Position numbers and translations under genes: made by a program. A stretch of DNA of 64,000 nt. Origin: Octopus vulgaris (Eukaryota). The notes below the pieces were generated by a model. The model was given only the letters and a program-made list of their open reading frames with translations. It ran no database searches and had not been told where the DNA came from. Numbering within the stretch: position 1 is the stretch's first letter; each line of letters opens with the position of its first letter. The DNA is taken from the NCBI GenBank assembly GCA_951406725.2, contig OX597836.1, forward strand, positions 14,198,001 to 14,262,000. Direction: 5' to 3'. Positions 28,601-42,085 of this stretch are shown here, one piece after another.

Positions 28601-30257
28601 ATTTGTTCTCTATAAATTGCAACAAACGATATTGGTGTCACCTCTCCTGTTAACAAATCATCCGTTAAATCTGCACTTTCAAAGACCTATGTAATAACAG
28701 GCCCCCTCACATGAAAATGGGTAGTGGCAGGAAGGGTACCTAGCTGTAAAACAATACCTTAGTAATATTAGGTGGTATCAAAAAGTTCTCAGACTAGTTG
28801 TGTTTGATTAAATAAAAATTAAAAAAACTTATTTGCCTCAGTTTTAACATCATCTTTGAAATAGTTACCTTTTGTGGCAATACACTGGTCCCAGCATTCT
28901 TGCCACTTTTGGAATCCGGCCTGAAATCCATGAGCAAGTGGAGGACGTTCTGTGATTCGCTCTGGACCATGACAAGTGTTAAAACTGACCTTTTAACTGC
29001 ATTTTCATCTTGGGGAAGAGATGGAAGTCCACAGGTGCTAAATCTGGCGAATAGAGCAGGTGTGGAATCAATACGATTTTCTTTTTGATGAGAACCAACG
29101 TCGCCTTACTGGCACCTGTGCCGGTGGTATGTGTAAAAAGATTCGAGTGAGGTCATTGCCAGTACCGCCTGACTGGCCCCCGTGCTGTGGCATGTAAAAG
29201 GGCACCATTCGAGCGTGATCGTTACCAACGTCGCCTTACTGGCACCTGTGCCGGTGGTATGTGTAAAAAGATTCGAGTGAGGTCATTGCCAGTACCGCCT
29301 GACTGGCCCCCGTGCTGTGGCATGTAAAAGGGCACCATTCGAGCGTGATCGTTACCAACGTTGCCTTACTGGCACCTGTGCCGGTGGCATGTGTAAAAAG
29401 ATTCGAGTGAGGTCATTGCCAGTACCGCCTGACTGGCCCCCGTGCTGTGGCATGTAAAAGGGCACCATTCGAGCGTGATCGTTACCAACGTCGCCTTACT
29501 GGCACCTGTGCCGGTGGTATGTGTAAAAAGATTCGAGCGTGGCCATTGCCATTACCGCCTGATTGGCCCCTGTGCCGGTGACACGCAAATAGCACCCACT
29601 ACACTCTCAGAGTGGTTGGTGTTAGGAAGGGCATCCAGCTGTAGAAACTCTGCCAGATCAAGATTGGACCCTGGTTCAGCCATTTGGTTCGCCAGTCCTC
29701 AGTCAAAATCGTCTAACCCATGCTAGCATGGAAAGCGGACATTAAACGATGATGATGATGAAAAACTCGCAAGTGAGGAGAGCTTGGTGACGGAATATTG
29801 GGAAGAATCCAATTCTTCGCGCTCCACGGATTAAGTTGCTTTCGTTGGATGTCCTCCTTCAATTGCTTCAGAACATTGCAGTAGAATTCCCAATTGATGG
29901 CCTAGCCTAAGGGGACAAATTCTTGATGTACAATACCACATTTCCAAGGGTGACACTCATGGCAGATCGTCCACGTCAGTCGTCTTCTTCCAGGGATGTT
30001 CTTCTACTTTTGAAGCATCCATGCCACTCAAAATATTGCTTACAGCTCATTGCCTCATTGCCATAAACTTACTGAAGCATGGTCAATGCCTCTGTAGCAA
30101 ACTTCCCAAGTTTAGCACAAAATTTTATGATGGCTGTTTGTTCCTGTCCATGACAAAACTGCAGACTACAGCATACATGTGCCCGTGGGCATATGGCATA
30201 GTGGTTAAGAGCATGGGCTACTAACCCCAAGATTCCGAGTTCGATTCCAAGCGATGA

Positions 30258-30296
<39 letters not shown>

Positions 30297-32821
30297 TATC
30301 GAAAAATACCTTAGGAATGAGAACCCAGGTTCGAAATTTCCCCAAGACACCTGATGAAGGCTGGATATTATATCAGCCAAAACGTTGTGTTAACAACAAA
30401 CAAGATGAGGACAAATATCTGTCAAATGTAAATAATGTCCATAATTCCTGATCTTTTAAATATAGAACTGTATTACAGAACTCGTTCAGGAACTTTTTGA
30501 TACTACCTCTCTATAATTGTCTAACCCATGCAAGCATGTGAAAACAGATGTAAAACAAACTAACAAGTAGCCAACCTAATCACACAGCATGGCAAAATGA
30601 ATGTCAAATTTTAATTACTTCTGTACTCGTACATTTGAAATGTAGGCAACCAAGTTAATTTTTTAGTGTGGGGGGGGGCTACTTTCTGTAATTTTTGATA
30701 GTGGGGGGTCTACTTTCTGTAATTTTTGATAGGGGTGGGGTACTTTCTGTAATTTTTGATAGAGGGTGGAACTTTCTGTAATTTTTGACAGGGGTGGGGT
30801 ACTTTCTGTAATTTTTGACAGGGGTGGGGTACTTTCTGTAATTTTTGACAGTGAGGGTACTTTTGGCAGTTCTCCATGTTTCATACAATGTATCGTTTAT
30901 CTTTACTTTTACTTTTTGCTTGATTCATTCATTTGATTGTGGCCATGCTGGTGCACTGCTTTGAATGGCTTTTTTAGTCAAACAAATCTACCCCAGGACT
31001 TTTTTAAGCCTTGTACTTATTCTATTGCTCTGTTTTGCCGAACTAAGTTACAGGGACATAACCATACCAACACCGGTTGTCAAGTGGTGGTGGAAGACAA
31101 ACAAAAACACATTGATATATCCATATATACAATGGGCTTCTTTCAGTTTCCATCTACCAAATTCACTCACAAGGCTTTGGTTGGCCTGAGGATATAATAG
31201 AAGACTCTTGTCCAAGGTGTCATGTAGTGGGACTGAACCCAGAACCATTTGGTTGCAAAGTAAGCTTCGTACCACATAGCCATGACCAATAGAAAGAGAT
31301 TGAGAACTGATTTGCATATGATTAGTATGCATTAGTCACTGTCCAACCCATGCCAGCATGGAAAGCAGACATTAAATGACAATGATGTATTCGTTATTAG
31401 TGACTGAAGCAGCATTAGTTCAAAATAGCATTCTGTATATCTTAATTAATGTGGATATACTATAGAAAGCCAGAAAACTGTAGCATTTGTTTCAAGAAAA
31501 TTTCTCGTACAGATGTATAGTGCTAAAAAGCACAGAAGCATATGAGCAACAGACAAAAAGCACCAAGCAGTGGTAGGGGAATTGTCAAGTCCAGATTTCT
31601 GCTTCTTTGGGCATCATCAGTAGTAAGTGTCTGCTATCAACTATGTGGTTAGACAAATTTAGTCTCTATTGATATATAGAAAAGTAGTGATTAACAAATC
31701 TCTAATGTTGCTATTAGCTGGCAGGCTGAACATAAATTCATTATCAGTAATAGACGCAGTATTAGTTCAAAATAGCATTCTATATACCTTACTTAATGTG
31801 AATATACTGCAGAAAGCCAAAAAACTGCAGTTTTTGTCTCAGGAAAACCTCTCCAATAGATCTATAGTGGCAAAAAGCATGGAAACACTGACACACACAT
31901 GCACGACATGTCTTCAGTTTCTGTATATGAAATCCACTTAGAAAGATATGGTCAACCTGAGGCTGAAGTAGAAGACACTTGCCCAAGGTGCTATGCTGTG
32001 GGGCTGAACCCCTGGTCATGTAGTTAGGAAGTAAACTAAAACCACTCACTGAATGAACAAAATATTTTTGTTTTGTAAATTTTTTCCCAAATATTTGTCT
32101 TGTTTTTTATTCATCTATTTTGTTATAAACCACTTTCTAATGGTTCCGCGTTGTTCCCCGACCATTGTAGGCCCCATCTTCCCCTGGTTCCCATTTCGGG
32201 GACCTCGATGATGAGGATGACGAGGAAGAAGAGAAATCAGATACTGATTACGATCGAGATTTTGAAGAAACCGTTGTAAGTAGTCTTTTGCAATCAGCTG
32301 TGTGGGGTGGCTGGGTGGTGGGGACGACTGTCGGCCTTGTCTTTCAATTCCTCCACCACACACCCCATCATTTTTACATCGTAAGGGTTGGCCGAGCATC
32401 TTTGTGGTCACTCGACCTGCAAGAAATAGCAGCCAAATCTCTTAAATCACACCTCACAGATTCTCTATTATTTTGTTCAGCCACTGGGCTAAGTCCATTT
32501 GGAGTACAGTCCAATGGATTCTAGGTTATAGTTGATTACATTCATCCCCGATATCTTTTTATTTTATCTTCTTTCCCTCTTTTTTACTGGTCTGTCATTA
32601 GGCTGTGGCCATGTTGGAGCACTATACTCTTTTACTCTTTTACTCGTTTCAGTCATTTGACTGTGGCCATGCTGGAGCATCGCCTTTAGTCGAGCAAATC
32701 GACCCCAGGAATTATTCTTTGTAAGCCTAGTACTTATTCTATTGGTCTCTTTTGCCGAACCGCTAAGTTACAGGGACCTAAACACTCTAGCATCAGTTGT
32801 CAAGCGATGTTGGGGGGACAA

Positions 32822-32856
<35 letters not shown>

Positions 32857-33076
32857 CCGGAGTAAACACATAAATGTGAAACAAGGTGGAAAAAAGAGTA
32901 CTCAAATACCAGGGGTAGAGTAATATGCTTTATTTAAAAGCAGCAGAAATTCAACAAAACCTAGTCTTAATAGAATTGGCATATCGGTTCTATTTTAACA
33001 AAAACTGTCCGACGAATGGGGGAACGTGAAACTCCAAGTAACAGGTTTTGTTGAATTTCTGCTGCTTTTAAATAAA

Positions 33077-33170
<94 letters not shown>

Positions 33171-33470
33171 CATCTCATTACACAGGAATTGTACCTGATT
33201 TCTTCACGCTACGCACATCTGATTGTTGTCTTTGATAAATGGAGGTATTTGGCAGTGGCCTTCATTGACTCATTGGGTTTCTTGTTTTATATCCTAGACT
33301 TGCTACAAAAACTCGGTATTACAGACAATATATCTCTGTCAAGAATGTTATTTTCTTATTTGTATTTATGCATGTGCATTGGTGTGTGTGTATATATGTC
33401 TGTGTTTATACGAGTCGAGATGAATTGCATATATATATCATCATCATCATCATCATTTAGCGTCCGCTTT

Positions 33471-33527
<57 letters not shown>

Positions 33528-33839
33528 GATAAAGGGTGAAATATAATTGATTTAATAAAATCAATAAATTTCACCTAGTAGTATTTCGGTATGGAAAAGG
33601 ACCATATTCGGTAAACATTTATATAATTATAATAATAAGGGTTTTTTGCAACAAGTTGCTTAAACCACATACCGAAAATATTAGAAATAGCAGTCAAAGG
33701 ACTACTATTTCTTTTACTACAAAAATAAGTCTCCACAAACAACAATATTTGTAGTAAAAGAAATAGTAGTCCTTTGACTGCTATATCTAATATTTTCGGT
33801 ATGTGGTTTAAGCAACTTGTGGCAAAAAACCCTTATTAT

Positions 33840-33880
<41 letters not shown>

Positions 33881-36800
33881 CTTTCTCCAGAGTAACCTGT
33901 CTCAAGGTAACGAATCACAACTAAGTTCTGTCACGATTTTAATTCTCTGAGTTCAAGGCTCAAAGTGAACTGAAGCTTCTTGATTGAAAATTAAAGAAAA
34001 TAAACATCAACATAAGTCCCAGATCACTTTGTTCAATCTTAACCTAACTTGAAACTCTGTGTCTTTCGTCCTAATGCTTTTGTGCTTCTATCAATGAAGA
34101 AGTTTTTCTATGGTCATAGCTTTTTTTGTCCATGAACTGTTAGACTTTGGATCTCTTTCATCTCATTGTTGTCCCTCTTCTTGTGACCTGAACTCTTTCA
34201 AGTCTGAAGTAAATTCATTCCTTTCATCATAATTCTCCTTCTTCATAGTCTTTCACATTGACTTCTTGCCTTGTTTGGAACTTTCTTCAAAAGAAAAAAA
34301 AGCCATATTCAAAACAAAAGGTGGTGGTTAAATTGTGGTTCGTCCAGAGCCACTTGTTATTTCTTCTCATTCAGTTTTTGATTTATGTCAAAGTTCTTCT
34401 TATTCTGAGAAGAACCAGAGCATGTCAGGCTTCTTTGCAGGTGTTTGAATTTGTTTACCGAGTGCTCCAACCATATCACACGGTTCTTCTATACCCTCTT
34501 CTCATTACACACAATAGTCTTTTTTTTTATCCATTTGTGGGAACAGGGAAAAACCTCTTTGATAAACCTACTTCAAGAAACAGGAAAATTTCTGTGGAAG
34601 TTGCATCTGTAAGTATCGCTTATGGCCTGGTGACAAAACAGTTCATGGTGCATCCAGATTAAGTTTCATCATGGGCACGACTCTAAACTGCATCTGATAG
34701 TGGGATCCTGGTCCAAGAGTTCCAAAGTTTTGAGGAATTTGGAATCACCTCTTGGCCATTATTGTTCCCAGGTCTATTCTGATCTGGAGTAGAAGCACTT
34801 ATAATACTCCCTGTAATGGGTCAATTAGCTTATTGAGACTTGCCTGTCTATGCATGTGAATGCTGGGGTTGGCTGGCTCTGCAGAAAAAAAAAACCTTCA
34901 TGATTCAGTCATGAAGGAGAAGGTTGTTGCAACAATACATTGTGGAGGGCAAAGAGAAAATGAAGCAGGCAAGAGATCTTTGCCATTCACTGCATCTATC
35001 TCCATCCCCATCCATCTTGTCACTGGACTGAAGATGATCATGGATGAGAGAATGAGGCAGACAGTGATTAACTCTTCATCACTTTAAACTGCTATTACAC
35101 AAGTTGTCAACCTTAAGGATGACTAGCTGATCCTTGTTGTGACAGATGACTATGACAATTTTCATTATGAATATAATTACAGGTAAGTTCACTGCCGTCA
35201 ATTCATTGCATGAGAGTTCACCGTGAGGAAAGTTTACCGAGAAAATATATCCATAGTATCTCACCATTAAAGGTTAAAAACTATTTTGACAATGGTGAAT
35301 TGGCGATGGTGAACTTCGCCTGCTGTGAATTGACGATGGTGAACTTTGCCTGCGGTGAATTGACGACGGTGAACTTAGTGGACATGTAATAATATAGCAA
35401 TTTGTAATATTAGCAAAAGAACCAGAGCTGCAGAAGTTTTAAAACTGCACTTATTGCAGATTATCATTGAACACTACATTCCATAAAGTTAGTTTTGAGG
35501 CTTTTGGATCATTCAGCAGAATGGTGGTAGCATTAGCAGTACACTTTTGTTAGATGTTTCTAGTGATTCCAAAGCAGATGAGCTGTTCAAATTATAAGCC
35601 ATTTGAAAATGTTATGTTAAAAAAAAAAGTTTCAAAATATAGCACAAGGCCAGCCAATGTCATGGGGAGGGGTTTAGTCAATTACAGCAACCCCGGTACT
35701 TGATTGGTAATTTAACAACTCTGAAAATATGAAAGGCAAAGTTAATCATGATGGGATTTGAACTCGGAGAGTAAAAAGCCAGAAATTCTGCCAAGCATTT
35801 TGTTCGAAACCTTGTCTTTTTTAAAAAAAAAATTGTTAAAGGATAATTCTTCAAATTTTAACCCTAGGCCAGCAATTATTAGAGGAAGGTAGTTAGCTGA
35901 TTACATAGGTCCCAGTATTTGACTAGTACTTTATTTTATTGTCCCTCAAAGGCAAAGATGACTTTTGCAGGATTTGAACTCAGAGGCATTTCTCCTAATC
36001 CTTTACATTCTAATTATTTTGTCCTATGTGCTAATGATTCTGCCAGCTTGCCATGTTAAGCTTATTATTATTATAAAGTCTCCCAGTGAACTACATTTTG
36101 TTGGAAAAAAGGTTAAAAGGGGACAGTGGATAGAAGATGGATATGAATCAAGTAAAGAAATGGCAGCAATGAAATCTGGAAGTACATACACAGAACACAA
36201 AATAAGACGCAAAAATAAAAAAGTGAACATTAACCTCTTAGCATTGAGATTATTCTGTCAAATGTAGATCCTTATTCATTCACATTGATTTGAATTATCA
36301 TCAGCATCATTTAACGTCCGCTTTCCATGCTAGCATGAGTTGGATGATTTGACTGAGGTCTGGTGAACCAGACTCCACTCTGATCTGCCAGAGTTTCTAC
36401 AGCTGGATGCCCTTCCTAACACCAACCACACCGAGAGTGTAGTAGGTGCTTTTACGTGCCACCGGCACAAGGGCCAGTTTGGTGGAACTGGCAATGGCCA
36501 CACCCAAATGGTGCTTTTTATGTGCCACCTGCACAGGAGCCAGTCTAGTGGCACTGGCGACATCTCATAGCTTTGAGATTTCAGTGATGTGATTGTAGTG
36601 ATATCTATGACTGATGTTAAGTTAAATGACATCACCAGTTGACCAACTAGAAAATAAGTCTTTCTTCATCATTCAATGCAACTACATTTACAAATGGTTC
36701 TATGAAAAAATACTAATTTCCTCCCAACCAACAAGATTCTTTGATGATGAATGAATGAATGAATGAATTAGAAGTTGCATGGAGACAAATTTCTTTTACA

Positions 36801-37225
36801 AATATCAAGTTTTTTTTTTTATATATATTTCTAATTTTTTTTCTTTGTTGTTGTAGCCCGTACCAACTGAAGATGAAGCAAAGAAGAAGACTGAGGAGGG
36901 AAAAGACAAAGAAACTCAACCCCAGATGCCAGACTATGATCAGGAGACAAAATCTTTAATAGAAGGTCAGTTGTGTGTGTGTGTGTGTGTGCTTATTTAA
37001 TTTAACGTAACAGGTACTCTTTACACTTTTACTTGTTTCAGTCATTTGACTGTGGCTATGCTGGAGCACCACCTTTTTAGTCGATCAAATCGACCCCAGG
37101 ACTTATTCTTTGTAAGCCTAGTACTTATTCTATCGGTCTCTTTTTGCCGAACCGCTAAGTGACGGGGACCTAAACACACCAGCATCGGTTGTCAAGCGAT
37201 GTTGGGGGGACAAACACAAACATAT

Positions 37226-37262
<37 letters not shown>

Positions 37263-38056
37263 CGACGGGCTTCTTTCAGTTTCCGTCTACCAAATCCACT
37301 CACAAGGCTTTGGTCGGCCCGAGGCTATACTAGAAGACACTTGCCCAAGGTGCCACACAGTGGGACTGAACCCGGAACCATGTGGTTCGTAAGCAAGCTA
37401 CTTACCACACAGCCACTCCTACACCTGTCTTTTTAAGATCTGTTATTCTTCTTCTCCCCTCCATCTCTCACTCTCTTTTCACAGTCTTGTGAACTTACTT
37501 ACTCACCCTAACCAATCCCTGATCCTTTTCACTCTCTGCACATCTTGAAAGTTTTTCCACACTGAGGAAATGACAAGGGACTGCGAGATGTGGTGATTAG
37601 CTGTACTTGATAAGACACATCAAGTAAAATCGTTGTCATCCACACATACAGGTTTTGTCCTTTCAGGTGATAGTGCCACTTAAAAAGCACCCATGCCAGT
37701 GGCATGTAAAAAAACACCCAGCACATCCTGTTAAGTGGTTGGCATTAGGAAGGGCATCCAGCTGTTTGTCCCCCCCCCCACCATTGCTTGATAACCGATG
37801 CTGGTGTGTTTACGTCCCCATAACTTAGCAGTTCTGCAAAAAAAGAGACTGATGGAATAAATACTTGGCTTACAAAGAATAAGTCCTGGGGTTGATTTGC
37901 TCAAATAAAAGCGGTGCTCCAGCATGGCCACAGTCATGACAAACAAATAAAAGAAAGGAATAAAGTACTGTTTCTACTTCATGGATTTTCACCTATTACA
38001 GGGGGTTTTGGAACATAACACCTGCGATAGTTTAGGGATTACTGTGTGTGTGTGTA

Positions 38057-38139
<83 letters not shown>

Positions 38140-38795
38140 CTGGTGCTCCAACATGGCCACAGTCAAATGACAAACAAGTAAAAGAATGTGTGTGTCTTTG
38201 TGTGTGTCCCTCAGTACCACACAACAACTGGTGTGGGCGTGTTTATGGCCCCATAGCTTAGTAGTTTAGCGAAAGAGACTGACAGAATGGGCTTAAAAGA
38301 AAACAAGTATTGGGGTCGATTCATTTGACTGAAATTTCTTCAAGGCAGTGCCCCAGCATGGCCACAGTCTAATGATTGAAACAAGATAAAAGATTCCATT
38401 TGACAGAGTAATCTGAATGCTCTGTGTATGCCATTATAAAAAATATGTGAACTGGGTGGGTGTGGTGAGTAAACTACGTCAGTCACAATATGACCTCAAC
38501 TCTTTATCTAGGTCAGGGATTTTATTTTCAGTGGTTTTTTTTTATTCGGGATTCATGGCTCAATTAGTAAATTAATATGTTGTGACACACCAGTAATTTA
38601 TAAAAGGCAAGCACATAAATATGCAGGATAGGCGCAAGAGTGGCTGTGTGGTAAGTAGCTTGCTTAGGAACTACAGGGTTCCGGGTTCAGTCCCACTGCG
38701 AGGCACTTTGGGCAAGTGTCTTCTTCTATAGCCCCGGACCGACCAAAGCCTTGTGAGTGGATTTGGTAGACGGAAACTGAAAGAAGCCCGTCGTA

Positions 38796-38836
<41 letters not shown>

Positions 38837-41800
38837 GCGTGTGTGTGTTTGTGTGTCTGTGTTTGTCCCCCTAGCATTGCTTGACAACCGATGCTGGTGT
38901 GTTTATGTCCTCGTTACTTAGCGCTTCGGTAAAAGAGACTGATAGAATAAGTACTGGGCTTACAAAAGAATAAGTCCCGGGGTCGATTTGCTCGACTAAA
39001 GGTGGTGCTCCAGCATGGCCGCAGTCAAATGACTGAAACAAGTAAAAGAGTATATGTACATACAGATGCATACATATATACATATGCATACACACACATA
39101 TTTACATATATACACATGCAAACACACACACACACACACACACATACGTACATGCATGTATAGGCACACACACACACAAACTGACCCACACACATGCGCA
39201 CAAACAAACAAATGGGAACACAGTGTAAATAACGGACATTCAAAATTATTGAAAAGTTTGCAAGACGCAACGAAAATTTTAGGAAAATAAAAATAAGAAA
39301 TAAGTGGAAATTTATTATAAGGCACAAAAAGAAAATGACTCTCCCCAGACACAATTTATAAAAGATTTTATTAGAAAAAAAAAAGGCAAGTGTAACAAAT
39401 GTGTTGGAACCAAAGACTGCTGAACGCAGTGCATTTTGCACTGATGTTGTATGTTAAACTCCGAATTTTTAAAATTTTTTATTTCATTTTATTTCTTATT
39501 AATGAGGTCCTGTCATTTTTTAACTCAGATCAGAAACTCTCCTTATACATGTAAGCATTATCAAATCCACTCACAAGGCTTTGGTTAACTTAGGGCTTGC
39601 TGCACATCGGGACCAAACCCAAAACCATGTGTTTGGGAATCAGGCTTCTTAATATCAGAGCCATGCCTGACCCTATAGCCCTAGGAATAAATTTTAAGTT
39701 TTTAAATATTTCTTTCCTATCCCAATAAGTAATCATTATTGTATATTTACAAGTACAGTGAAATCTCGACTTCAATGATGAAATCAAATAAAACTAAAGA
39801 GAATTGCAGTAAACCTGCGAGATAGTTATGTAGCGTGGCTGATATCCTCACTGTTTGAGATATATATTAGAAATGATCTCGTCTTTGATAACAACCATCT
39901 TTGGCTTATTTTGTTAGGGTGACCGTGCAGCGTTTAAAAGGAGACGTTTCTGTCACCAACTCCTTACGTACGGTCGTTTCCCCTACACTGGTGACCCCTC
40001 GTTTTTGATCATTCAGCCATTATTACTTTCAGTGGCCTTATGTTCACTCAAACAACCTAGTCCTAGTTTATGTGACCAACTGTTCGAATATCTCCTCTTG
40101 ACTGCAGAATGTCCATTTTTATCTGATGGGGAGCTCTGTAGCGTGGCTGATATCCTCACTGTTTGGGAGATATATTAGAAATGATCTCGTCTTAGGTAAC
40201 AACCATCTTCAGCTTATTTTGTTAGGGCGACCGTGCGGCGTTTAAAAGGAGACGTTTCTGTCACCAACTCCTTACATACAGTCGTTTTTTCCCCTACACT
40301 GGTGTCGGATGTGGCATGCAGACCATCATATAATTCATTATTTTATTCTTCTCTTCTGTTTTATTTTGACATGTGCATTGTTTTTATTCTTCCATTTTAT
40401 GAATTCAGTGTGCACATGCACATTGCATGTTCATACTTCTCTTTCCAATTGCTACTCACAACCATCTTAGGAACCTGCTTTGGTGAAGAGCGATTTCCAC
40501 TCTGACAGTTGTGAAAAAATGTCTTAAGTTGCTTCTTGTTTTTATCGAAAGACACAGAATAATTTTAGTCAAAAACGTATACATTTTCTTTCTACACTTT
40601 CTAAATGCTTTTCTGGTTAACTTTTCGATAGTCGCCGCATTAAATAGGTTATCCCTAAGATCATTATAATACTGTTTCCTTGAGGTAATGGAAATCCCTG
40701 TAAGGTATTATCTCCCTTTGAAAGTTAATTACCTCCCTTGATAGGAGTTACACGAAGAAAGGACTGTTATTTTACTACTTTCCTCCTTTGAACTGCAACC
40801 AAGCTGGAGCACCACTTTAACGTTTTGGTTGATTATATTAATACTGATATATATTTTATTAATCTATGTTTGATGAAACCACAAGGTTTTATCTGTTCCT
40901 AAATCTTTGATCTTTTACTGGTTTCAGTCTTTAGGCTGTGGTCATACTGGGGCACTGCCTTGAAGAATTTTTAGTTGTATGAATCGACCAAAGTATTTAT
41001 CTTTTTCTTAAAAGCCTAGTACTTATTCTATCATTCTCTTTTGCTGAACTGCTAAGTTACAAGGACATAAAAACACACCAACACCAGTCATCAAGTGGTG
41101 GTGACACACATATACATATATATGATGGGTTTCTTTCAGTTTCTGTCTACGCAATCCTCTCACAAGGCTTTGGTCAGCCCAAGGCTATAATAGAAAACAA
41201 TTGCTCTTGGTGTCATACAGTGGGATTGAACTCAGAAGTATACAATTGGGAAGGAAACACACAACTATATATGTTTCTATCTTGCTGTCTCCAATATTCT
41301 AAGTGCTTATCTAGTGTCGCATCAGATGTTAATTTTTCATTCTTGAATTTATTTGGGAATATAAGAATCATAAGAATATGTATCATAAGAATATAAGAAT
41401 TTATTTGGGAATATAAGAATCATAAGAATATGTATCATAAGAATATGTATCTTAAGAATATGTATCGCAAGAATATGTATCGCAAGAATATGTATCGCAA
41501 GAATATAAGAATTTATTTGGGAATATAAGAATCATAAGAATATGTATCATAAGAATATAAGAATTTATTTGGGAATATAAGAATCATAAGAATATGTATC
41601 ATAAGAATATGTATCATAAGAATATGTATCTTAAGAATATGTATCGCAAGAATATGTATCGCAAGAATATGTATCGCAAGAATATGTATCATAAGAATAT
41701 AAGAATTTATTTGGGAATATAAGAATCATATATTTTTTTTCTTGTTGCATTATACAGCTGCAGATCAAGCCAGGTCTAAGTACCATGATGCTGATAAAAA

Positions 41801-42033
41801 AGTTAGAGAACTTGAAAAAGATATCAGGTGAGTATATTATTACTTCCACCTTAGCAAAGGCGGAGGTATTGTTTTCAGTTGTGTTTGTTTGTCCATGGAC
41901 AAGATATCTCAAAAACTGCTGGATGGATTTGAATGAAACTTTCAGAGATGTTTGGTCTCGTGACTGGCACAAACTGATCAGATTTTGGGATCAATCTGGT
42001 ACCAGGCAAGGATTCTGAGTTATTTCTCTTCCT

Positions 42034-42085
<52 letters not shown>

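Larger units (their letters stand above)
28770..30508 (-). mobile_element. Internally deleted mariner with both TIRs, carrying two nested insertions
   Basis: AGGTGGTATCAAAAAGTTC / GAACTTTTTGATACTACCT; minus-strand [17 protein letters not shown] and EFVP.G...FY..VL. Confidence 0.8.

Noticed and set aside
33880-34670. Purine-skewed minus-strand stretch resembling decayed coding/TE sequence
   Set aside because: Stops in the frames examined and no motif I can recognise; needs a translated database search
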